In this document: one piece after another, positions 49,122 through 58,173 of the stretch
Numbering within the stretch: the stretch's first letter is position 1
How the letters are laid out: each line of letters begins with the position of its first letter
From: Gemmatimonadota bacterium
GTDB lineage: Bacteria; Gemmatimonadota; Gemmatimonadetes; Gemmatimonadales; GWC2-71-9
Direction of reading: 5' to 3'
Assembly (NCBI GenBank): GCA_039586365.1
Contig: JBDHKN010000035.1
Coordinates: 8,124 to 72,123, forward strand
DNA length: 64,000 nt
Notes under the pieces: model-generated
Seen by the model: the letters and a program-made list of their open reading frames with translations, nothing else
What the model was told of the DNA's origin: nothing
The model's database searches: none
Program-made: the position numbers and the translations under genes

Positions 49122-50324
49122 ATGCCTGAATTCACTACCCAGGGCCTGTCGGGAGACAGAGTCCCCTTGGCATATCGAATACCTGGCGTCGATCCCAGGT
49201 CGTTAGGCCCGTCTGAATCCAGGATAGAGAACGTGGAGTCGGCCCTTCCGAGATTGCTGGCGGTATTCCAACGCTGCCTCGAAGTGGCCGATGTCGACGG
49301 CGTGGTCGACGTTTGCCTCGAAGAACTGCGACTGAATACTCATCAGTTCAGTGCCGCCGCTATGCTGATGGCCCTGTACCGCAATCTGCTCAAAGAGGAC
49401 GACGTAGAAGGATACCTCGTGACGACTGCCCTGTTCGCGCGGCTGCAGGATCCCAAGCTCGCAGAGCTGGCGGCAAGGGACTTCCTCATCGAGACAGCGC
49501 GGCGGTATGCCAACCACACATCGCATCTTTTCCCCGTCCTCCACAAGCACGCGTCGGCCGCTTTGACGATGTGCAAGTTGGCAAACCGCAGCAGAATCCG
49601 GCTCTTTCTGCGGGACGCCCTTGTCTTTTGGCCATCCCTGCTCGCATTGCGACCAAGAGTCTTCGAGATACCGCTGGATTTTCTGGTGTTCACCCGCCCT
49701 CTCAAGGACAACGGACGCAGCCCATTGGTATTCTCGGACGACGGCTCTGGCGTTCTGAAGCGCAGTGCCCAGCACTGCGTGCCCCGCACCCTGGTACTCG
49801 ATGTGGGCCTGTATGGGACTCTGGTCAAAGAGCTCGACGGGAAAGGATTTTTCGCGGGCGACGGCTCCGTGTTGTTCCTGGGAAGCCGGAATCCGCACAT
49901 ACCGGGATTTCTCAACGAGCTGAGGTTGCGCGAGGCGCCCGCTGAAGTGGTTGTTCAACAGCAAGATGTGGTCAGATACGTAGACACGGTCGAGTGCCTG
50001 CTCAAACCGTTCCTGTTACTACCATCCCTCGATGGGAACATGGTCTTCTTGGAGCTGGGTGACGGTATTTCCTTTGTCTGCTCGGTGGTATTTCTTTGGA
50101 GTTTGTATCGCTACTCCCTAAGTGCGGACAAGTTCGATAGTCCTCACTCTGCGGCAGACCTGCTGTCGCCCGCCGCTGCTCTGGAGAAGCGGTGGCTACT
50201 AGGCGAGCCGATTCCCGCTTGGACCAAGGCAAAGGACTTCGTCGCGAATTGGTCCGCGCATGACCTGAAATCTGCCGCCGAAACTCGGGAATGGCTCGAC
50301 CGCTGGAAGAGGAACGACCCATAG
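49122..50324 (+). CDS. Hypothetical protein with a PRTase-like motif set
   Basis: 400-aa ORF; RLFLRDA, LVLDVGLYGTL, VDTVECLLKP; overlaps the next gene. Confidence 0.7.
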   Translation: MPEFTTQGLSGDRVPLAYRIPGVDPRSLGPSESRIENVESALPRLLAVFQRCLEVADVDGVVDVCLEELRLNTHQFSAAAMLMALYRNLLKEDDVEGYLVTTALFARLQDPKLAELAARDFLIETARRYANHTSHLFPVLHKHASAALTMCKLANRSRIRLFLRDALVFWPSLLALRPRVFEIPLDFLVFTRPLKDNGRSPLVFSDDGSGVLKRSAQHCVPRTLVLDVGLYGTLVKELDGKGFFAGDGSVLFLGSRNPHIPGFLNELRLREAPAEVVVQQQDVVRYVDTVECLLKPFLLLPSLDGNMVFLELGDGISFVCSVVFLWSLYRYSLSADKFDSPHSAADLLSPAAALEKRWLLGEPIPAWTKAKDFVANWSAHDLKSAAETREWLDRWKRNDP

Positions 50325-51085
50325 AACTCAACCACGCCATAGCCGACGCAAACAGGAACGGCCGTCTCGGGCTGGTTCTCTACACCATTCCGGGCTTTCC
50401 GACTGCCCCGGATTATCTGGCCACGCTCGACTTGCTGAACAAGAGCGCCGCAGTGTCGATTGTCGAGATGACCATTCCCGTCGCCACAGGCTTCTCGGAC
50501 CATGCCAACGAGACAATTCGGCGTGCCCACATTCAGGCCGTCAAAGAGACGGAGTCGCGGGACATTCCTAGACCCGGCAAACCGGCTCTATGCGTCCTGT
50601 ACAAGTCCACGTCCGATACCCGTGGGTTTGAATCTGTTCTGGTCGATACTCTCGGTCAGTTTGAGGGACTCATTCTCGAGTGGGCAGAAGAAGATGAATC
50701 CTCATATGTTGCGATCGCTCGCAAACACGGACTGGAGCTGGTGCAGTGCGTCGGCCCATGGATGAGCCCCGATACTATCCAGCGAGTGGTGGAACGAACC
50801 GAGGAAGAGCCTTTAATCTATCTTATGTCAGCACCCATGACCGGTGCGCAGCTGTTCTCCAACCAGGAGCTCGACAGTTGCATTCTAGCGGCGAAGAAGC
50901 ACAGGCCGAAAGCAAAGGTGGCGGCAGGATTCGGAATCGGTAACGGCCAAGACGTGCGGCGCTTGGCCGAGATAGACGCCTTGGACGCGGTCATTATTGG
51001 TACAGCTTTTCTCCAAGCCATGGGCGCCGGGCCGGAGGCAACCATGAAGCTGCTCGCAGACGTCGAACCGGCCTTGGAACGCTAG
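50291..51085 (+). CDS. Divergent tryptophan synthase alpha-like TIM barrel
   Basis: YTIPGFP, IVEMTIP, IYLMS..MTG, AAGFGI, DAVIIGTAF; canonical PFSDPxADGP loop replaced. Confidence 0.85.
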   Translation: MARPLEEERPIELNHAIADANRNGRLGLVLYTIPGFPTAPDYLATLDLLNKSAAVSIVEMTIPVATGFSDHANETIRRAHIQAVKETESRDIPRPGKPALCVLYKSTSDTRGFESVLVDTLGQFEGLILEWAEEDESSYVAIARKHGLELVQCVGPWMSPDTIQRVVERTEEEPLIYLMSAPMTGAQLFSNQELDSCILAAKKHRPKAKVAAGFGIGNGQDVRRLAEIDALDAVIIGTAFLQAMGAGPEATMKLLADVEPALER

Positions 51086-51102
51086 CAACAGCTCACGCGA
51101 CT

Positions 51103-51804
51103 ATGTGGGACCAATCATCAGGCCGGACTCGGATAAAGCTATGCGAGTTCGAATGCCTCGACCCAGCCTACGAAGCCAGCCAGATGGGTGTCGACGCGCT
51201 CGGTTTTCACATCTTCCAACACCAGGACGCGCTCGAAAAGGCAGCGCGGTTCGCTGAAGTTTTTCGCTACCTTCCTGCTGCGGTAACCAAGGTCCTGCTG
51301 ACCGACCTGGAGCTGGACTTCCTAGTTGGAGACGTTCTGCCGCTACTCAGATGTGATGCGATTCAGCTGTACCCAGACTGGTCCGCCGAACAAATCGCAC
51401 GGCTGCGAGATGCATCTCCTTCCGAGCTGAGAATACTCAAGGTCATGTCGGCTAACACTGATGAGAACAAGTTCGGGAATGACGACGAGTTCCTCCACTA
51501 CTACGACAAAGTCGTGGATGCTTATCTACTCGATAGCCATCGAATTGGCGGGACGGGTCGCGTAGCCGACTGGCAGCATTGCGGGGATATTGTCACCAAG
51601 ACCTCACTGCCCGTCTTCTTAGCCGGTGGTCTCACCGCAGAGAACGTCGCCGAGGCCATTCAGGTCGTGCGCCCCTACGGTGTGGATGTGGAGAATGGAG
51701 TAAGTGATCGCATTCCTGACGGACCTCTGGTGAAGAACATGGCGAAGTGCCGCGAGTTCGTCGCCGCGGTACGTAGCGCAGATCGAGAGTCGGGAAGAGT
51801 CTGA
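51103..51804 (+). CDS. Divergent phosphoribosylanthranilate isomerase-like protein
   Basis: RIKLC, DALGF, DAIQL, YLLDS..GGTG..DW, FLAGGLTAENV, PYGVDV. Confidence 0.88.
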   Translation: MWDQSSGRTRIKLCEFECLDPAYEASQMGVDALGFHIFQHQDALEKAARFAEVFRYLPAAVTKVLLTDLELDFLVGDVLPLLRCDAIQLYPDWSAEQIARLRDASPSELRILKVMSANTDENKFGNDDEFLHYYDKVVDAYLLDSHRIGGTGRVADWQHCGDIVTKTSLPVFLAGGLTAENVAEAIQVVRPYGVDVENGVSDRIPDGPLVKNMAKCREFVAAVRSADRESGRV

Positions 51805-51860
51805 GCGCCGATACCCTGTCAGAGCCCGCCCGAGCCTGATCGAGGTCAGGTCACGCGAGA

Positions 51861-53003
51861 CTAGCGGAATGGTGCCGGGAGCCACCGACTGGCCCACCGG
51901 GCCAACGGGGTGGCGAACGAGGCCTTTTCCTTAACCGTGGGCTTCACTGTGTGCTCCAGCAGTCGACAGAAGCGGCACTTCGGCAGCCGGGAGGAGAAGA
52001 TGCACATGCTCGCGTGCTGCCGTGCCCCGGTGGCCATCTCGTTCTTCCAACGAGCCGAATCTCCCAAGAAGTCCAGCAGCCGATATCCCTGCGTAAAGCC
52101 ATCCTCGACGATATGCCCGAACAGAACCGCACCCGGCGAAAGTTGGCGATACCCCTGTCGGTACGAGGTCTTCAGGGCGTAGAGCTGACCGTCGAAGATC
52201 ACGCCGAACACGTGTGCGATCGACCGCGAGTCGAGTTGGAGCAGGTAGATGCGCAGCCATCCGCTGCGGGCACAGCGCAGCGCCAGGTCACGGAAGAAGG
52301 TCTCGAGCCCGGACTCGGTCGTAAGGGAGGTGTGCTCGCCCTCCTTCCAACTGTCGCGCTCGATTGAGAACACCTCATCCATGGCAGCGTCCACTTCCTC
52401 AGGGACCGAAACCACCCTCCACTCGGCACGACCGGCCTGTATCATGGCCTTACGTTTGCGGCGCAGTTCGCTCCGGAAGTGGCGCGACCGGCTGGATAGA
52501 TACGACTGCCAATCTTTCTCGAATTCCAGAATGGGAGCTTCCGTGTCGGGTTTCGTCGTTGTGAGCATGTGGTGGTGTGCGGCCACCTCCGGCACCACTC
52601 GCAGCGTAGCCGCATCCTCAAGCACTCGCTTCAAACCAACCTTCACGGGCTGACCCCGCTGACGCAGATACCCGAGCGCGGCATCGATTATCTCATCCGG
52701 CTCGCCCTCGCAGACGATGTCTTCTCGTCGCGTCTGAGGATTGACCGGCAACGTGAGGGTCTTGGGACACCACAACTCTCCGGCAATGTCTTGGATCAAG
52801 GGAATCAGGCCAACCAGCCGCTCGGCGCGCCACACAAACAGAAACGCGATTGGTTTTCCGCGCCAGAACGCGTTGAGCCAGGAAATCAACCATTCATAGC
52901 TGCCAAAGAGGTCCCGGTTGGAAGACCGGCTCAACAGACTCTCCCATGCCTCACGGTAGTCCGCGAGTAAGTCTATGTCGTTGATCTCTTCAACGCGCAA
53001 CAC
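51861..53003 (-). CDS. GNAT family protein (CelD/BcsL, Acetyltransf_6 type)
   Basis: AGGAG RBS and GTG 53003; WQSYL.SRSRHFR, SWK, LSPGAVL, DFLGD...WK. Confidence 0.88.
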   Translation of the reverse strand: MLRVEEINDIDLLADYREAWESLLSRSSNRDLFGSYEWLISWLNAFWRGKPIAFLFVWRAERLVGLIPLIQDIAGELWCPKTLTLPVNPQTRREDIVCEGEPDEIIDAALGYLRQRGQPVKVGLKRVLEDAATLRVVPEVAAHHHMLTTTKPDTEAPILEFEKDWQSYLSSRSRHFRSELRRKRKAMIQAGRAEWRVVSVPEEVDAAMDEVFSIERDSWKEGEHTSLTTESGLETFFRDLALRCARSGWLRIYLLQLDSRSIAHVFGVIFDGQLYALKTSYRQGYRQLSPGAVLFGHIVEDGFTQGYRLLDFLGDSARWKNEMATGARQHASMCIFSSRLPKCRFCRLLEHTVKPTVKEKASFATPLARWASRWLPAPFR

Positions 53004-53040
53004 GCCTGCACTCCTAGCCGATTCAGTGCCACTCAAGCCA

Positions 53041-53625
53041 CTACTCCACAACCCTGCGCAGCCACCCCTCTTTCCAAAAGAGAAAGCAGGTGCGATCGCA
53101 GCCCGCCCAATCGCAGTCGATGTGTCTGGGTGGCTCACAGAACACCTCGTCGAGCAGCACGACGTTCTTGACCTTGACCATGCGCCAGCTGCGCTCGTCG
53201 AAAAAGCGGACCGCCCGCTTTCGAACGGTGTACGTTTGCCCACAGTACCGATCCATCAGGGCCGGGATGTACGCTAGCCCCTCGAACTTGCCCTCTTGGT
53301 CCAGCGTCGCGCCGATCTCTTCAACCGATTTGACTTGAACTCTGTCACCCGGCTCGAGCCCGAGGACGTCAGGTTGGGTTCGCGTCCCCCCCGAAGGATC
53401 CGGCTTAGCGCGCCTGGCTTGGATACGCTCCAGTGCCCGCCTCGGAAGCAGGCTCGGCGTCCTGACGAGTTTCCAGAGACGCAATCCTTGCAGCATCAGT
53501 ATCCGCTTCAGCCGCTCGGCGTGCACTTCCGCCGCGGACGGTGGATCCCCTGCGGCGGTCAGGACCTCAAGCTGACAGATCCTATCGACCGGCTCCCGGT
53601 TGTCATTCAAAATCACTGCGATCAT
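53041..53625 (-). CDS. Conserved hypothetical protein, SH3-like with a Cys cluster
   Basis: LEPGDRVQVKS.EEI.ATLD..GK..GL...M..YCG...C...CDRTCFLFWKEGWL. Confidence 0.75.
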   Translation of the reverse strand: MIAVILNDNREPVDRICQLEVLTAAGDPPSAAEVHAERLKRILMLQGLRLWKLVRTPSLLPRRALERIQARRAKPDPSGGTRTQPDVLGLEPGDRVQVKSVEEIGATLDQEGKFEGLAYIPALMDRYCGQTYTVRKRAVRFFDERSWRMVKVKNVVLLDEVFCEPPRHIDCDWAGCDRTCFLFWKEGWLRRVVE

Positions 53626-53646
53626 CGCTCCCGGATATCGGGTGAG

Positions 53647-53659
53647 CCGCCACCGCCCA
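53647..53659 (+). mobile_element. Possible attR: direct repeat of the tRNA-Val 3' end
   Basis: CCGCCACCGCCCA identical to 47982-47994, same orientation, intergenic. Confidence 0.45.
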
Positions 53660-54088
53660 GCCCCACACTGCGAAACCGAGTCGGTGCCCGTGGCTCACGA
53701 CGCACGGGCGTGTCTCACATAGCAGGTCTGCCCGCTGCAGGTGGACCGCTGGTCACCATTCCCAGATGGCAAATACCGCGCCGTTGCCATCCGTCGGAGA
53801 CTCTAAGGTAAGTTAGCTACTCTGGCTTCGAACGGCCGTTTGTCAGAAGTCGGGTGAGATCCGACCCGGGATCTCTCCCCGGTCACAGCCCGACCGCCAC
53901 CCTCGGACCTCGCGTGATTTTGCGCGGACCAGAGGGTAAGACGGGGGTCTCAAACCAGGCTCAAGTTCCCTGCCTCATTCTCAAAGACGCATTGCGGTGA
54001 CCCGTAGCCAGTCCTGTCTGCCGAATTGGCGCCATTAGTTTCCGCGAAAAGGAGCACTCCGGCTCGCCCCGGGTGCGGCGGAGCTGCT

Positions 54089-54318
54089 GAGGTAGCGTTC
54101 CGGGACGTGGAGGAGGCGTCCCCGCTCACGGAGGAAGCGTTCCCGATGACGGAGGAAGCGTTCCCGACCGCTGGGAAGCGTTCCCGACGGCTGAGGAAGC
54201 GTTCCCGATGACCGAGGAAGCTTTCTCGCTGATCCAGAACGCGTGCCGGGCCGTCCAGGAGGCGAGCTGGACAAAGGAGGAGGCGTTCCCGACCGCCCAG
54301 GAAGCTCGGCTTGCGGCA
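54089..54318. repeat. About 11 degenerate 21-bp tandem repeats
   Basis: Consensus GAGGAAGCGTTCCCGAYGRCN; one unit is 20 bp. Confidence 0.85.
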
Positions 54319-54809
54319 CGTAACTACCTGTAATACAACGAGATAACGCACGGCGGGTGGGTGATCCGCTGTGATTTTGGAGGGTTGAGTCACAGCTCCA
54401 CTGGGGAAGGCAGGGTGAGGGGGGCGATGTCAGCGTGGCAGAGGACACCGACGGACTCGAAACAGCGGTACAATCGCGCGCACATGTGACAAGCCTGTTC
54501 GTTTTCGGGCCCTTTCGGGCGCCAGCCTCAAAAATCGCGGGACAAACCTGAAAAAGTCGGCCGAGGGACATCACCTTTGCACCCATAGACATGGACGGCT
54601 TCGCACCAACAAGGGTCCCCTGCCGTTCATTGGGCTGCGGAGTTGCAGCAGCACCCCTACGCACAGGTCGCTCGGCTGAGGAGTAACGCATCGCGGCCCA
54701 CGAGAAGTCTTTGTGACGACCGGAGGAGGGCTGTGGCAACACTGGGAAGCACAGACTGTACACTCTAGGATCGCTTCAGCCCCAATGCGTCCAAGGAAGT
54801 AACACCGTC

Positions 54810-57444
54810 CTATTCAGACCTCAGCACCACCATCGGGTCTACCCTGCTTGCACGCCATGCGGGCACGTAGCACGCCAGCGCCGCAACCGCAAGCAGGATG
54901 AGCGGTCCCGCCACGAAAGTGCCGGGATCAGCACTGCTGATGCCGTAAACCAAGTTCTTCATCACACGGCTCAGCCCCAGGGCTCCAACCAACCCGAGCG
55001 CGATGCCGGCCGCCGTGACAAGCATTCCCTGGCGGATTATGAAGCGCACGATTCCAACCTGGGCGGCCCCGAGCGCCACGCGGATCCCGATCTCTCGGGT
55101 GCGGCTCGCGACCGAATAGGAGAGGACGCCGTACACGCCGAGTACGGCTAGCAGTAGGCCCGTCAAAGCAAATGCCGTCATCAATGTGGCGGCGAATCGC
55201 TGCTTTGCAGTCGAGGCCTTCACCAGGCTCGCCATTGTGCGGACGTTTGAGATCGGTTGCCTCGGTTCGATCTCAGCGACAACCGCCCGCACCTGCGACA
55301 CCAAGCTGGCCGGCTCGAGCTCAGTCCTGATCGCGAGCGACATCTCTCCGAATGGGAGTTGGGCGTACGGTGCGTAGAATTGCGGTAGGTCGTCCTCGTA
55401 CACGTGCAGTATGCGTGAGTGGCGGACTATCCCCACGACCGTCCAGCTCTCACCGAGCATGGAGATCTCCCTACCAACGGCGTCTCCATCCGCCCAGTAC
55501 CGCGCAAGCTTCTCGTCAATCACCGCCACGAACGGGGCCGCCTCACGCTCGTCATCATCCATCGTGAAGCTCCGCCCGGCAACGAGCCCTATGCCCATAG
55601 TCGCGAAATAGCCGGGCGTGACGGGCATGTAGTCGACCATGGGAGATTCCTGTCCATCGACCAACGCATCCGGCCTGCAATCGCTCTGATTCCGGTTGGC
55701 GTATCCCAACGGTAGCGTCCCCGTGGCCGCTGCCGACTGGACCCCGGGCACGGACCGCAGGCGTTCGAGGAGGGTTTCGAAAAAGGTCACGCGAGCCCTG
55801 TTGTCATCGTAGCGGCTGCGAGGTAGTGCCACGTCGACCGCAACCAGGTTCTCCGCAGTGTAGCCGGGGTTGGAACGCAGCATGAGACCGAGGCTACGAA
55901 CCAAGAGTCCTGCACCGGTCAGCAACACCAGTGAAAGTGCGACCTCGGCCACTACGATGACATTGCGCGTTCGCGCAGCTCGTCCAATCCCGGCCACGCT
56001 GAGCACTGGAACTCTGAAATGCCGGTGTGATACCACAGAGAACCGCAGTCACCAACGCAACAGATCCGGTGAAGGCAAATATGTGGCCGTCGACCGCGAC
56101 GCTGCGACTGCGTGGCAGATTGTCCGGAGCCAGCCCGATCAGTGCATCTAGACCGTAGACTGCCAGGACGAATCCAAGCGCACCACCGACGGCCGCAAGC
56201 ACACCACCTTCCATGAAGGTCAGCCACATGATGCGACTGCGGGAGGCTCCGAGAGCCGAGCGCACTGCAATTTCCTGAACGCGCAATTGCGATCGGGCCA
56301 ACATCAACGTAGCGATGTTTGCGGTGGCGATTAGCAACAGGAACCCGACGGCGCCCAACAGAAGCAGCAGGACTGGGCGCACATCCTTCACGAGATCCTC
56401 CTGAACGGGAATCGCCGTATACGTGAACCCATTGTCACCGTACCACTCGGCATCCTGCTGTGCACCGAGTGCGGCCAGTTCGGCAGTGGCCTGATCGAAG
56501 TTCACCCCGTCCGCGATACGCGCGAGGACGGCGAAACTGTGCTGTCCGCGGGGTGCATTTGCCAGGTCGGCCTTCTCAGGTATCCAAATCTCGGCCCCGC
56601 TAGGCTGGCCGAGGCTGTGGTGGATCTGGAAATCGAAATCTCGCGGCAGTACGCCCGTGATGGTCGTCTCTCGACCGTCGAGATTCACGGTACGACCTAC
56701 GACCGCGGGATCGCTACCAAACCGGCGGCGCCACAGACCGTCACTTAGCACTACGACGTAAGGCGCTCCGGGAGCATCTTCTCCGGCGAGGAATGTCCTT
56801 CCCTGCACCGCGTTCACCCCGAGCAACTCGAACACATTGGCCGACGCAGACGCGGCACTCACCTGCTCTGGCTCGCCCACTCCCGTCATCTGTGACGTGC
56901 CCGTTCTGAGTGCGGCGAACGCCGTGAACGACCTAGCCTGCTCGCGCAGCTCGTGAATCTGTGGGCCGGACACCGAGGCTCGGGGAAACCCGATCCAGTC
57001 GAGTCGGTCCCAGATGTAGACCAACTGCTCAGGCGCGCGGTATGGTAGCGGACGGAGCAGCACCCCGTTTACCACACTGAAGATTGCGGTGTTAGCACCG
57101 ATGCCGAGCGCGAGTGTCACTACCGCGAGTATGCTGAAACCGGGAGAACGCTTGAGTACGCGGGTGGCATACTGGACATCCCTGAGTAGAGAGCTCACGG
57201 GCGTGCGCCAGCTCGCGGGGGAGAGGCTCTGATCTGTGGAATCAAGTCGTCTTGCTTCCCGCCCGAGCGAGATCCACTGGACTGAGAGAATCTCCCGCCA
57301 CAGTGCCCGCCTTGCGAAACGCACGCCGCGAAGCTCAACGTCCAAGCGATAGACCTGCTCGATCTCTTCCAAGACCGACTCGCGCCAGTGTCTCGGCAAC
57401 AGCAACCGCAGGAGCCACTCGGGCACCCTCGGCAGCCCGCTCAC
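54810..57444 (-). pseudogene. ADOP-family (duplicated MacB-like) ABC permease split by a frameshift near 55.99-56.02 kb
   Basis: First half LALGIGANTAIFS...EIAVRSALGA in ORF 55894-57444; second half VVAEVALSLVLL...REIGIRVALGA...DPMVVLRSE in ORF 54810-56036, a different frame. Confidence 0.85.
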
Positions 57445-57779
57445 GCGTGCCTCAAATCAGACGCCGTTTCCAGTCCCTCCCACATCTGCTCCATTCGGCT
57501 GCGGGCGTCCTGCAACGCCGCGATGCCCTTCTCAGTAACTGTGAAGTACCGTCTGGCCTTGCCCCCCCGTACCGGGGTGGGGTCGGCCATGTGCGACTTC
57601 GCATACCCTTTCTTCTGCAGTCGCATCAGAGTCACGTAGATGGAGGAGACTGTGAGCGTTCGCCCTATTCGCTGAGCTACTTCCTCGCGGATTGCCGCTC
57701 CAGTGGCTTGCTCACCGACCCGCCACGCGGCCAGGAGGATCAGCTGTTCCCCCTCCCCCAGGTTGCTCCCTTTGGTCAT
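57441..57779 (-). CDS. PadR-family transcriptional regulator
   Basis: LGEGEQLILLA, SIYVTLMRLQKKG, RGGKARRYF; overlaps the ADOP start. Confidence 0.92.
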   Translation of the reverse strand: MTKGSNLGEGEQLILLAAWRVGEQATGAAIREEVAQRIGRTLTVSSIYVTLMRLQKKGYAKSHMADPTPVRGGKARRYFTVTEKGIAALQDARSRMEQMWEGLETASDLRHA

Positions 57780-58049
57780 ATCGACTCCGCCAATTATTAC
57801 GACAACGTCAATAATATATGCAACATCTGTGAAAGAAAAGCCCTTGCGGCGTGGGACAGCCTCGTTAGGTAGCACGGCTCAGGTCAGATGGCAGTTTCGA
57901 TACCGCTAGGTTATTTGGGAACCAAATCCAATGTCCTCACAACACGACGGAACCCTTTCGTGGGGTCCAAAGCGAATGTCCCGCCTACGTACCGTCACGT
58001 ACCCAGACCGCACTGGCGGGCCTGCCTGTGGTATCGGATCTTAGGGTAA

Positions 58050-58116
58050 GATCAGGATGTGCTACGTGGAACGGTTCGTATCGGGTTATGCAGGTCTGTC
58101 CATTACTGATTAGGCG
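58050..58116 (+). repeat. attI-like sequence, copy 1 (copy 2 at 59081-59146)
   Basis: 58-nt direct repeat, 49/58 identical, last 21 nt identical (TATGCAGGTCTGTCCATTACT). Confidence 0.7.
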
Positions 58117-58173
58117 CCCTATGCCAATTGAGGTCAAAGGTGTGTGGGGATCGAATCGAGAGGTGTGTGGAAG

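Noticed and set aside
49122..51804. Ordinary trp operon fragment
   Set aside because: No trpB/C/D/E, non-canonical gene order, and key motifs altered in both enzymes
54089..54318. CRISPR array
   Set aside because: Units are contiguous 21-mers without unique 25-45 nt spacers, and no cas genes are present
53950..54763. ORFs of 147 and 242 aa in the gap
   Set aside because: They derive from the GC-rich repeat, with no recognisable motifs or RBS
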